A stretch of DNA of 64,000 bases from Candidatus Levyibacteriota bacterium (GTDB lineage: Bacteria; Patescibacteriota; Microgenomatia; Levybacterales; UBA12049): the NCBI GenBank assembly GCA_963722305.1, contig CAVRKE010000001.1, positions 12,312 to 76,311 on the forward strand, given 5' to 3'. A program made the position numbers and the translations under genes. The notes beneath the pieces are model-generated. The model was given only the letters and a program-made list of their open reading frames with translations. It made no database searches and had not been told where the DNA came from. How positions within the stretch are numbered: position 1 is the stretch's first letter; every line of letters starts with the position of its first letter. Positions 38,613-49,961 of this stretch are shown piece by piece.

Positions 38613-39778
38613 ATGCAAACTGAAATTTTAGTCTCTCCTCTTCAGATAAGCGTTATCAGTGACACCGGCAGTGAGTTCGTTTGGTCAAGCATATTTCGGG
38701 AATCTTTGCGCGATTATTTCAAAAATAAGGGTTTAAAATTTGTCGTTGGCTTTGATGAAGAAAAATCAGCTAAGGATACAACTTCTTATCTAAAAAAGCC
38801 GTTAACGCCTTTATCCATATCTAATAAATCTTATTATAATTTTTCAATATTTTACAACCTTTACAACTGTCTTCAAGTTTTTGGCCGACCAAAGATTTTA
38901 TGGCATTTCCTGCTGTTTTCTTTTGGGCGAACATTTAACTTAGGAATTATTTTCAGATTAGGCCAGAAGTGTGTTATCGGACCCATTCAACCGACCTTAT
39001 CTGTTCAAGATTTAAACCTTTCAAATAAAGCAGATTCAAAAGACTTATTAGTATCATTGGTCTTAATATTTAATCGGTTATTTTTTTACCTTTCAGTATT
39101 AACGCTTAAGAGAGCCGACATAATTTTTGTTGTACCCAAGAACAAAAAAATCAAATGGCTAAATTTGGCGTTGATAAAAACAGAATTAAGACTGTTGGAT
39201 ATGGAACAGTTTTATTAAATAGAAAACCAAGTCGAAATAACGAAAATAAGGTTAAGTTTATTTGCTCGGGGTGGTTTACAAATAGGAAAAATCAGCTGGA
39301 GATAATAGAGGCAGTCAATAATTTGCCTGAAGATATTGTTAATAATATAGAAATAAGCTTCTACGGGGAAGGTCCGTTACTAAAAGATGTTATTCAAAAA
39401 TGTAACCCCAGAATAAAAAAGGCAGTCAGGTTTATGGGGAAAAAACCTCGGGAAGAGGTGTTGGCTGCGCTTTCCGAGTCTGACGTGCTCTTATCGACAA
39501 GCATGTCTGAAGGATATTCTCAGTCGGCATTGGAAGCCGTTGGTGCGGGAGTAGCTTTAGTCTCCACGCCTGTGGGTGGATTTAAGGAAATAATTGCAGA
39601 AGCAAAAAACGGAGTGATTCTAGATTACAGGTCGGAGTCAGTAGAAAAAGTGATAATGGATTTAGTTTTAAATAAAGACCTTCTTACTATTTATAAACAG
39701 AGATCGCGTCGTTTTGCAGCCTCGCATACATGGGAAAAGCAAGTAAAAAAAATGTTGCATTTTATAAATAATGACTAA
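38613..39778 (+). pseudogene. GT4 glycosyltransferase with a frameshift in an A7 run near 39150-39175
   Basis: The N-part (38613-39218) ends '..RADIIFVVPKNKKIK'. The C-part (39155-39778) starts 'AKFGVDKNRIKTVGYG' and carries 'SEGYSQSALEAVGAGVALVSTPVGGFKEII' (GT4 C-domain). The junction lies at 'acaaaaaaatcaaatgg'. Confidence 0.5.
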
Positions 39779-40519
39779 GTTTGATAACACATATTATCGG
39801 AAAATAATAATTATTCGGAATTTTTAGATAATCAGAATCCTGAATCTTTTATAGATACGTAGATTTTATAACAAAATATTCCAAGAAGGGTGGTCGGTTT
39901 TTGGATGTTGGCTGCGGAACCGGGTTAGTACTGAAAATGCTTAAAGATAGGGGAGTTGAAGCGGTTGGTATAGAAGTTTCCAAAACCTCAGTTAACAAAT
40001 GCAAGAAAAAGCAGCTGAATTGTTTTTATTATGATGGAAGAAGGGTCCCTTTTAAAGATAAGTGTTTTGATGTGGTGGGTTCTTTTAATGTTCTGGAGCA
40101 TACAGATAACGCTATTGAATTTCTTAATGAACAATACCGGGTATTAAAAATTGATGGATATTTAATTGTTGTTTGCCCAAATTTTCTTTCGGTCACAAAT
40201 GGTTATCACTGGCATACCAGTGGATTTTTAAAACAAAATAAAAAATTCTATACAGATAGTGAAGAAATTTTTTTCCTCGGATGCGTATTTTGACAAAATG
40301 GATATCATTGAAAGAGAAAACTTCCAAGTAGACGATGATGCTTGTAACGTAACAAATCCAATCGATATTCTTAAATGGGCCAGAAAAATGAATTTAAAGC
40401 TAATATATTGGTCATCCCAGGAACAGGATGTAAGCGGCATAAAGAAAGTTCTTGATAGAGGTTTATTGAGGTACCTTTTAGGAGCTTCCTTTATGGTATT
40501 TTATAAAAATAGAACATGA
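39772..40519 (+). pseudogene. Class I SAM methyltransferase with three or more frameshifts
   Basis: Frame a reads 'MTKFDNTYYRKIIIIRNF*' at 39772. Frame b reads '..YFRYVDFITKYSKKGGRFLDVGCGTG..' through 40293. Frame c reads 40259-40519 ('..ILKWARKMNLKLIYW..'). The pieces are collinear with the intact methyltransferase at 37929. Confidence 0.5.
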
Positions 40520-43500
40520 AGAAAATCCCAATCATATTTCTCATCGTGATTTCCTTTATATCTAATTTTGCCTGGATAAGCAGCCTGTCGATTCTTACTA
40601 GCGGAGATCGGCTATATCAGCAGCCGGCTACACTAAAAGAATTGGTAAAGTTGACCGTCAATTTGGTTCACCACGTCAATCGGCGGAATAAACATTGCTG
40701 GCTCATTTTATCCTTTTGAGCTGATGTTTGGACTATTGGCTAAGTTAGGTTTTAGTTTTGGGTTGATTGAAAGAGTTGTCTTTATGTGGCCAGTTCTTAT
40801 TGCATTACCAGTATTTAGCTACATACTTATCAAAAAGAATGTTAATAACACACTTGCCGCGGTTATAGGGTCATTGATTTATTCATATAACACTTATTTT
40901 TCCGAAAATGAAAACCGGACAGTTAACGCTATTAATGGCGTATGGTCTTGCGCCCTTAGTTTTCCTGTTTTATCAGAAAGCTTTGGAAAAAAAAGAAATT
41001 AAATATGTTTTGCTGGCGGCAATATTTGGATTTATTGTTAGCTTTTACGAGTTCAACAAACATTTTTACATCTATGCATTGTTTTTATTTCTTTATTTTT
41101 TTTAATTTATTGATGTACTTTTTTGTTGAAACAGAAAAAAACAGTAGGTAAGGTTATAAAAGTTTGTTTAATTGCGGGTGTAACAGTATTGATAGATTTA
41201 TTGCTAAATTTATATTGGTTATTGCCATTAGAGAAGGTAGGAGCATTAAGCACAAACGCAATATTTATAATAGAAGTTTGTTTTGTAATGAGTTTTTGAA
41301 TATCAAATTATGCGATTACACTGTTTCATCCCTTCTGGACGGGGAAGTTTGCCCTCAGCCTTTATTGTTCAGAATATTCCTTCATATTTTTGGTTAATTC
41401 CTATATTCGCATTTTTGGGTTTATATTTGAATCGGAAAAACAAAAATGTCTTATTTTTTGGAATTATTACTTTGCTTGGAATATTTTTGACAAAACAAGT
41501 TGCAATACCTTTTACGGGGGTTTATGGATGGTTATTTGCTCATTTCCCCGGCTTTAACGCATTCAGGGAAGCCAGTAAGTTCTATTTCTTAGTAGTGTTT
41601 GGTTACTCTGTTTTGATTGCAGGTTTTGTAGATTGGGTCTGGAAAAATTGTACTAGAGAGTTACGGATATTGGGAAAATATATTTTAGTATTCGTAATTG
41701 CAGTGATTTTCCTATGGAATGTAAAACCGTTCATCACCGGAGAAATCGGTACACTGTTTGTACCAAGGGAAATTCCGGCGGATTATCTGGTATTAATAAT
41801 TTTATTTTAAAGCAAAACGATTACTTTAGAACTCTTTGGCTTCCGACGAATTCCCGCTGGTTGGTTTACACGAATGATCGTCCCGAAGTAAGTATGGCAG
41901 ATGTTCTTCAGGCCAATTGGCAGGGATATAAGCAATATAGCCAGATTACCGCAAAGGAAATGGTTAATTTTTTGCATTATCAATATGCTAGCGACCTATT
42001 AGATATGTCTTCAATTAAATACGTAATAATTCCTTTGCAAGACAAGATTAACGCTGATGATTTTTTTGTTTATTATGGAGAACCACGGCAATATTACATT
42101 AATGACCTAAATCAGATTAAATATTTGCATAAAATCAATGTCGGCACAAAAAACATTGTCGTTTACAAGAACGAGAATTACAAACCTCTATTATACAACC
42201 AGCAATCAAGAATCAATAAACAAGGAACAAGATTATCAAACTGTAGATTTTAAATTTATCAATCCGACTGTATAAAATCAGATTAACGAATATCTCAAAA
42301 CCCGTTTATCTGAACTTCTCCGAAAGCTATCATCCCGATTGGAAAATAAGAGTTGGGCATTTTAAATGGCTTGACGCTTTGACCAAAAAGAACTATTTCC
42401 TTCCCGATAAATTTCATCTTGAGAATGACGCTGGTTTGAATTCATTCTATATTAATTCAAGCCAATTTTGTGAAGTTGAGAACGGATGCGTTCGAAACAA
42501 AGGTGGTTCTTATGATATCAACCTGACTCTATATTTTATGCCACAAAGCTACTTGTATTTAGGATTAATAATTAGCGGTGGAACTTTAATTATTGTTTTG
42601 GGATACCTATTGTTTATTTTTTCCAGCTGGGCTGGATCTCGTTTCTCTCGAGGTAAACATGTATGAAAGAAAAAATTAAAAAATTTCGGAAAGATAAAAA
42701 ACTGATGAAACACGTAATCGCTATCTTATTACTTTTAGGGCTTTGGGTGTTGTTGACAATTTTATACGTTGTAAATTTTGATACAAGTTTTTCGATATGG
42801 TCGTATAACCATCAGAGTACCGATATTAAAAATCTTAATTATAATTTGATTTATAAAGGCGAAACTTTTAAGGGCGAATTTATGGCACAAGACAATAATT
42901 TAGGGATTGTTTCTTTAAGATTTCAAACATACATTAGACCTCCTTATAGCCTTGAAGACCAATATCTATTTAAGATAAAAGAGTCAGGCGCTAAAAATTG
43001 GTATTACCAGAACACTTACAGAAACGGGTTAATTTATGATGTTCCTCTTTTCCCGTTTGGTTTTCCGCAAATCCCAGATTCCAAAGGAAAGACTTATGAT
43101 TTCGAAATTACAGCTCTTAATACGAATTCCGTTAACGCATTATCTATAAGTACCAGATATCCGGTTCTTCAATCAAAATATAAATATTCCGGGCCTGAGC
43201 TTTTGCATAACAAAAAGGAACTTATCAGCTTTCTAGTTATTAAATTTTCCAATGCTTTTAAAACACCTGACGTAATTTTTACTTCATTTATCTATTTTTT
43301 ACCTTTTCTTTTTTATCTTATTTGGATTTCCTTCTTGAAAAAATCATGCGTCCGGTTACCACTAGAATTGAAGAAACAATAGAAAGGTTAGAGAAAACTT
43401 TTCTTGGGCCATTTATAATTTTGTTAAAAAAATTTATTTATAATTTGGATATATTTCTTATATTCATAGTTTTAGTAGATATTTTAATAATTCAGTTGAC

Positions 43501-43633
43501 CAACGATTTAGTTTATCTTGTTATTGCAGCTCTTTGGATAGCGACGTTAAGAGTTTATAAAGAAGATAGTAAAGAGACATTTATTGTAGGTTTAGCATTT
43601 ATTGCTTTGTGTCCTCTGTTTTACTGGCTTTAA
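40516..43633 (+). pseudogene. Large YfhO-like polytopic membrane protein gene fragmented into nine or more ORF pieces by frameshifts
   Basis: Pieces at 40516, 40724, 40908, 41164, 41310, 41714, 42379, 42663 and 43322 change frame 1>2>0>1>0>2>1>0>2. Translations are collinear with the intact YfhO-like gene at 13195, for example 'SGDRLYQQP' and 'IGGINIAGSFYPFELMF' versus 'FAGTPLLANFQSAAFYPLNLLF'. The junctions lie in homopolymer runs. Confidence 0.45.
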
Positions 43634-43715
43634 AATCCGGACCAACAGCCGAGCAATTCGGAGCGTGGGCGTTTATATTTTTTTAGTTGCCGGAACTATC
43701 CAAGCCTTACTAGAA

Positions 43716-46419
43716 TTAAAGTCCTCGAAGGAAGTTAACTAATTTATGGAGTTTAGCCTTTTTACGGTGAATAAAGCTTAAGCGTAGTATAAAAATGATG
43801 AACAAAACAAAAGAAGTAGCGGATAGAAATAGACAAAATCTATAGATGATATTAACCGGGTATGATATTGAAGAAATCTTTTTGTCAGTTGCGATGAATG
43901 TCATTCCATACCCGTCGCTGATGTATTTTACTGAAGGATTGTTGCTTTTCCATTGCTCTCCCCAGGTAAATTTATAAGTAATATATTTAGTTCGTTTATC
44001 GACAGAAATAAAGTCAAAATTGGAAGTACTAAAATTATTTTCCGCGTTTTCTTTTTTGTAAGCTATTTAAGTTTAGTGGACTCATACTGGCTAAAATGTT
44101 GGAGATATTGGACTCAGCTTTTACCAGTTGTTGGTCAGGCACCAATAATAATGAATCTATTATGAAGCTAATTCCTTTATTGGAAAACAAGTAAATGTTA
44201 TTTGTCGGTGTATCTATAGTCACAATTCCTAAATCTTGCCAGATCAATTTGCCATTTGTATTTAAATACCGATCTATTTTTTTGATATTATATTTGAATT
44301 GTGAACTTTGTATTAGAGTTTACGGTTAAGGCCTTAATTAGTATGTGATATTTCCCTTTTAAATTTGTGACTGGAACCTTAAGAACACCCGTTTCAGGCA
44401 ATGACTGGACAGATGCCCCGCTTGTAAAAAGATTTCCTGCCTGTTGAATATCCCGCATTTTATACGGTTCATAATTTATATAAGTTTTATCCCAGTCCCA
44501 TGCCGGAGTTAAAATGTCTACAGAATACCTAGAAATTAGAGATTCAGCGGTTAAAGTTAGGATTGGATTTTTTACATCGAAGAATATGTTTTCTCCTTTT
44601 AGGATGGATGGATCAATTAAACCAGAGTTGACATCTTGATTTAGTAAAATAACCGGTAAATTTTGATTGATTTTCTTTATCTTATTTACAGTGTTAAAAT
44701 CCCCAATGGCAAAAATAGGTTTTTGAGTTGTCATAAGGGAGGAAGCATTAATTACTTTAAACAAAAGAAGATTTTTTGTTCTTGAATATAAAGATAGATC
44801 TTTATTCCCCAGTAGCATTTTCGCCGATTCGGTAGCAATATCTTTTTCCGCCTGGAGAGAAATAATTGAGGTATCAAGCAATAAGTACTTTACAGCTAAA
44901 GGAGCAAGATAAGTAGTGTCGTAATTATTTAAAAACGAGTTATAGGCGAAAGAACTGAATTGATTAGAATAATTATCCGGATAATTGGTGCTGTCAGCCA
45001 AGGGCAGGGATAAAGGAATTGCCATGTCAAAAATTGTAGATGAGGATTGGGGAGAGATATTATCGTAGAATGGATAGCCCCGAGAGTCCTTGAGTGTTTG
45101 GGATGGTGAGTATTCTTTCTCCATTTGACGATAGCTTGCTAATAGTCTTTTGCATTTGGACGTATCCTTCGGGGATAAAAGTCGGTCTGATTGTTTTTTG
45201 AAATCCACAGTAATCAACTGCCAAGCCAACATGAGTAGTGCCAGGAAAGAAATTAAAATAATAATTGTACTCCAGAGAATTTTCTTTTTGGTTCCGGAGA
45301 ACGATGCAATTATCAAGAAGATGAGAATAGGGCAATTCCGGCGATAAAACGTGTTGGGTCTCTAAAAAAATGTAAAAAGGGAATGTATTTATAAAGTAAT
45401 ACGCTAATCTGCGCAAAAGGCTCATTAAGGCCTTTTGCCAAAAAAATAAAAATTAATAAACAGGTAAAAAATAGCCAACGCCTTTTTTTATTTAGGCAGA
45501 ATAAGATAAATGTAGCAATAATACGGGATAAATTGAAGATAATTAATTAAGCTCCAGGGAGTAAATTTATAAGGAAAGCTAACAGGAGCAAACCTTAGGA
45601 TATTTTCAAGTTGGGCGCCAGAACCGTTAAAGCGAACGGTCCCGAGAGAGAAATATTGGTTTGGAGCTGTGAAGAGTTTTTCTGGGTAGAGAATGGACGG
45701 AATAAAAATATAGGCGTTTAATAGAATAAAAATGAGCCCTGTCAGAAAATAAAATCTAAATAAAACAAAAAACTGTTTTCTGGATTTGAAGAATAATAAA
45801 CATAGATAAAAAAAATTAAATAAGAAGGTGATAATTAAGAAGTGCGGCTGCGCAAATGTGACCAGGCTTATTAAGATTGCGTAGGTTCCACAATATAATA
45901 ATATTTTTTTTTGGGTAAAGATTGTCTGTTTTAAGTAATTAAGGGGAATGGTAATGATAAAAGGCATTAATGCGTAAACGAGATTTAGCTGCCAGAAGCC
46001 GGTTATAATTCTGTCTAAAATCCAATAGTTGAGAGAGAAAAATAATGCCCCGATTATTACATAAACGTCGATTTTCTTAATTAGCCTTAATGCCAGGATA
46101 AAACATAAAAAAGGGAGAATAATGCTAAAAACTTCATAAAATTTATACCAGTTATAGCCAAAGACATCTTTAAATAATCCTAGGAATATTGCTACAGGTA
46201 AGCTTCTGGCTCCGGAATCGGTTCCCAAATGAAGTCAATTGTATTCTGCGAGGCGATACCTTGGAAATAAGTCCCAAGCCCTGTTAGGTTAGTTAGAATA
46301 TTAAGTTTTTGTAAAATTAATGCTAAGAAATTGTTAGTATCAATAAATTCCCCAAACAGTAGTAGTCTTAACATAGCAGCATTATACAGAATATTAACAA
46401 ATAAATATCGGTTTCTCAA
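43716..46419 (-). pseudogene. Second large membrane-protein gene (YfhO-like N-terminus) on the minus strand, fragmented into six or more pieces; convergent with the previous pseudogene
   Basis: Minus-strand pieces at 46192-46419, 45488-46228, 45060-45425, 44288-45316, 44035-44247 and 43716-43904. The N-terminus reads 'FGEFIDTNNFLALILQKLNILTNLTGLGTYFQGIAS'. The C-terminal pieces resemble the + strand gene's C-terminus weakly. Confidence 0.4.
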
Positions 46420-46471
46420 GCGTAGTTGAAAGAATATTTAACATGGACTATATTAGAACAAGAATTATTTA

Positions 46472-48017
46472 ATGAAAAAGCTTAAATGGGTTTTATTATT
46501 CCTTATTCTCTTTCTCGCATTTTTGCTTGGGGCAAGAATCATTTTATCCGGTGACTTTTTTTACCTCTACGACCAGGCCAGAGACTACCTGCTAGTCAAA
46601 AATGTTGTCGTTAACCACAGTTTAATCTTAATCGGCAACCGCAGTGGCTTGGGAGGGTTTTTCCATGGGCCAATCTGGATTTACCTGCTTGTTCCGGTAT
46701 ATATCTTAGCCAAAGGCAGTCCTTTTGGCTTGGCTTATTTTTACGTCGGGCTTGAGCTTTTTACAGTTTTTGCGCTTACTTAATCGGTGCAAAACTCTAT
46801 GGCAAAAAAGCAGGATTGTTTATCTCATTGTTGACGGCATTGTCTCCCGCTGTTTGGTCGACGGTCAAAAATACGGTCAGTGCCAACATCAGCCGTTGGT
46901 TTATCTTGGACTGTTTTATTTTCTGGTTCAGTTTTTTCGGGGCGACAAAAAAGCTTTTATTTTCGCGGCTTTTCTGGCGGGTCTGGCTCTCCAATTTGAA
47001 ACAGCTTTTTCTTTAGTGCTATTTCCGACCGTCATCGTGTTTTTTGTTTTAAATAAAATCGCCATCGAAGATTTGAAAATAATCTGCTTAAGTCTTATTT
47101 CTTTCGTCTTAAGTCTTACATCTTTTATCTTGTTCGATCTTCGCCACAGATTTTTAATGACCCACGCCATTATTAGTGCTTTCGGTGGTGGGCAAAAGGG
47201 GAGCGGTTACCTTGGTTTTACGGATAGACTGATAAGCCATCTCAACGGATTAATCGGAGTATATAAAGATCCGGTATTTAGTCAGGATTTATTATCAGTA
47301 TTGTTTTTGGCGGCGATTTTTATCTTTGGCTTAGTGCTAGTTTTAAAAAACAAAAAAGAAAAGTATCGAAAAGAGTTTATCTTTTTGCTATTTTTTCCGG
47401 CTGTTTTCTTTGGATTTACTATGTTTTACCCCTATCCGGTTTGGCCGGAATATGTTTTTGGGTTACTTGTTCCGGTCGCGTTCGCCTTCTACCTGGCAGT
47501 TAGAACTGTTTGGAAAAACTCTTTTGGTAAAGTCTTAATTACTTTATTTTTTCTGATTACTTTTTTTCATGTTTTTGTCTTTCTACAAAATCAGTACTTA
47601 ACAAAATACACCAGACTTAACTCGGCCGGCTCTTATCAAAACCAAAAAGCAGTGGTCGAATGGGTCTATCAAAATGCCGGACGAGACGCTAGTCGAAGCG
47701 GAAACTTTGGCTATTTTGTTTATACTCCGGAAGTTTTTACCCACGGGATGGATTATTTGTTTTATTGGTACGGCAAAAAAAATCCAACGGTGACTTTTGA
47801 GAGCAAAAAGGACGTAACGACCTACTTGATTTTATATCCGCATTTGGCAAACGATAACGGAGCTTATGATTTTTGGAAGAAAAATGTTTTGCATACCCAG
47901 GGGAAAGTGATTTTGACAAAAACATTTTACGGAGGAATAACAGTGCAAAAGCTATCAATTACTGCTTCCGAACCGCCGGTTGACCCGAATTATTATCAAG
48001 GTTTAATTTTTAGATAG
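46472..48017 (+). pseudogene. Family B membrane protein (DxxRD motif) with two frameshifts, near 46760-46785 and 46870-46900
   Basis: ORF 46472-46783 ('YLYDQARDYLLVKNVVVNHSLILIGNRSGLGGFFHGPIWIYL') continues in a second frame ('AYLIGAKLYGKKAGLFISLLTALSP', track ORF 46816-47016). It then continues in a third frame, 46725-48017. All three segments are collinear with the intact paralogs at 25966 and 51562. Confidence 0.5.
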
Positions 48018-49951
48018 TGAATATTTTATTATTTTTACCGCTTTTTATTTTGGTCGTATTGGTCACATTTTATATACCCGGAAGAGTGATTTTGGGACAG
48101 CAGAAAAACCTTTCCGGTTTAGGAAATTTTGCGGTTTCAATCATTTTGGGAATTGTTTTGTGGGGTTGGCAGGGATATATATTCGGTTTTTTGCATCTTC
48201 GAAATTTAAGTTACGTTTATCTTCTGATATCTTTAGGGCTTTTCATCTACAAGAAATACTATTCTTTTAGAATACCCAAAATTAATCTTCGAAAGTTCGA
48301 TTGGATAGCAATCGTAATTGCGACTGTTGGGGTTTTTGGCCAAATCATTCCATATGCCAAGAATGGTCTGATAACTAAGATGGGTTTATTTATTAGCAGT
48401 TACAATAACGTGGATCAGGTTTGGCACGCGACATTAATAGAAGAATTGGTAAGAAGATTTCCGCCTAACGAACCCGGTTTATTTGGAATTGCTCTTATCA
48501 ATTATCATTTCTGGTTCCATTTAGTGACGGCAGAATTAATCAGGGTTTTTCATTTGCCATTATTCCAGACACAATTTATAGGAATGTATGCACTTGGGCC
48601 GATTTTATTAGCTTTAATCGCTTATCCATTAGCGGCAGCAATATATAATTCGAAATTATTTATAAGGTTAGTTTTCTTTTTTCTTTTCTTTTCAGGAGAT
48701 GCTGCGGGTTGGGTTATGCTCTTATTGCACCATAATTTTGCATTTCGCGTGGAAGGATTATTTGAAAATGCTACAACTTTTATGGATGCGCCGGGGAGAG
48801 GATTCGCCGTTATTATTGCCTTGGCCGGTTTATATCTTCTTTTTAAGCATAAGGACAAACTGTCTTGGAGATTAATTGTAATTACCGGTTTATTGTTTGG
48901 CAGTCTTGCGATGTTTAAAATCTATATTGGCATACCTTTTATGCTCGGCCTGTTTTTCTTAAGTCTTATCAAAGGGCTAAAAAGAAGTTTTTCCGTACTT
49001 TGGTCGTTTATAATCGCCAGCATACTCTCTTTAATTCAATTTTTGCCGTTTAATGCTTCTTCCGGTGGTTTGTCCTTTCTTCCGGTTGAAGTACCGCGTG
49101 AGTTTATCGCCCAAAAAGCCTTAAATTTGGGTTTTATTGACCAACGCTGGACAATTTACATGACGCACCATAATTATCTCCGACTTTTAGAATACGGGAT
49201 TTTAATGACGGCCATTTATTTATGCGTTGTGTTCGGATTAAAAATTTTGGCTGTCATCCCGTTTAAAAAAACGATTAAGGTTTTGGGACAAAATTATTTT
49301 CTCTTTCTATATTTTATTTTATTATCTTCACTTGTGTTAGGACTTTTCTTCTATCAAAGAGTTGGAGGTGCAAATATCTGGGAATTTTTTATGGCCAGCT
49401 CGCTTATTTTAAGTATCCTTTTCTCGTTAAGTCTGTCTGTATTGTTGGCCAAATTTAATAAAGTAGTTGCTGTTTTGGTTGTGATTATAATCATTGTCTT
49501 TACGATCCCACGCTGGATTTATTCAGTTAATTATTATTTGCAAGCAGATTATTTTTCTGCTTTTCATGGAGTTTCTAATTCGGAGCTTAGGGTATACGGC
49601 TTTCTTGAAAATAATACGCCGAAAAACAGCACTCTTTTATTTATAGATCAACCAACTTATATAGCTTATTCTTCTTTGGCCAGTGTTCTAACTGAAAGAA
49701 ATTTGTTTTTTTCGGGAACCGGCGTTAGCCAAGTTGTTACACTGGAATATCTGAAAAGAGAGGAAGATGTAGCCTTCATAAAAACGAGTAAAGATTATAA
49801 AAAGGTGGAGCGAGTCTTTAAAAAAGATCAAATCAATTATGTTATTTTATATGAAAATACTCTAGCCGGTACAACCAGCGCTTTGCTAAACGATAAATTT
49901 CTTAAAGAGGCATTTTCCAACAGCACCGCGAAAATATTCAAGGTTAATTAA
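48017..49951 (+). CDS. Family C polytopic membrane protein (paralog of 16425-18395)
   Basis: 644 aa. Its N-terminus and 'FPPNEPG..NYHFW..ELIRVFHLP' loop are shared with 16425. Confidence 0.5.
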   Translation: MNILLFLPLFILVVLVTFYIPGRVILGQQKNLSGLGNFAVSIILGIVLWGWQGYIFGFLHLRNLSYVYLLISLGLFIYKKYYSFRIPKINLRKFDWIAIVIATVGVFGQIIPYAKNGLITKMGLFISSYNNVDQVWHATLIEELVRRFPPNEPGLFGIALINYHFWFHLVTAELIRVFHLPLFQTQFIGMYALGPILLALIAYPLAAAIYNSKLFIRLVFFFLFFSGDAAGWVMLLLHHNFAFRVEGLFENATTFMDAPGRGFAVIIALAGLYLLFKHKDKLSWRLIVITGLLFGSLAMFKIYIGIPFMLGLFFLSLIKGLKRSFSVLWSFIIASILSLIQFLPFNASSGGLSFLPVEVPREFIAQKALNLGFIDQRWTIYMTHHNYLRLLEYGILMTAIYLCVVFGLKILAVIPFKKTIKVLGQNYFLFLYFILLSSLVLGLFFYQRVGGANIWEFFMASSLILSILFSLSLSVLLAKFNKVVAVLVVIIIIVFTIPRWIYSVNYYLQADYFSAFHGVSNSELRVYGFLENNTPKNSTLLFIDQPTYIAYSSLASVLTERNLFFSGTGVSQVVTLEYLKREEDVAFIKTSKDYKKVERVFKKDQINYVILYENTLAGTTSALLNDKFLKEAFSNSTAKIFKVN

Positions 49952-49961
49952 CCTGCAAAGT

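Noticed and set aside
40259-40519. ORF 40259-40519 as an independent 86-aa gene
   Set aside because: Its translation is collinear with the C-terminal region of the intact methyltransferases at 35210 and 37929. It overlaps the upstream methyltransferase fragment, so it is treated as the 3' piece of the frameshifted methyltransferase pseudogene.
43634-43715. Possible rho-independent terminator or small RNA in the 82-bp gap between the convergent decayed genes (weak stem CCGA-GCAAT-TCGG followed by a T-rich stretch)
   Set aside because: The stem is only 4 bp, so it is not convincing. No tRNA-like cloverleaf or conserved ncRNA motif was recognised.
38613-48017. Interpretation of all frameshifts as simple sequencing errors
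   Set aside because: This was not adopted as the sole explanation. The shifts are concentrated in one roughly 10-kb block, apart from the isolated frameshifted GT4 at 34115-35213. Homopolymer-rich genes elsewhere in the window are intact. It cannot be excluded without read data, so the calls are made at moderate confidence.
49942-49953. Perfect 12-bp palindrome GGTTAATTAACC at the junction of the convergent genes 48017-49951 (+) and 49962-51533 (-)
   Set aside because: It overlaps the + gene's TAA stop. It has no adjacent T-run or extended stem, so it is not a convincing bidirectional terminator. A palindrome of this kind is expected by chance in AT-rich sequence.
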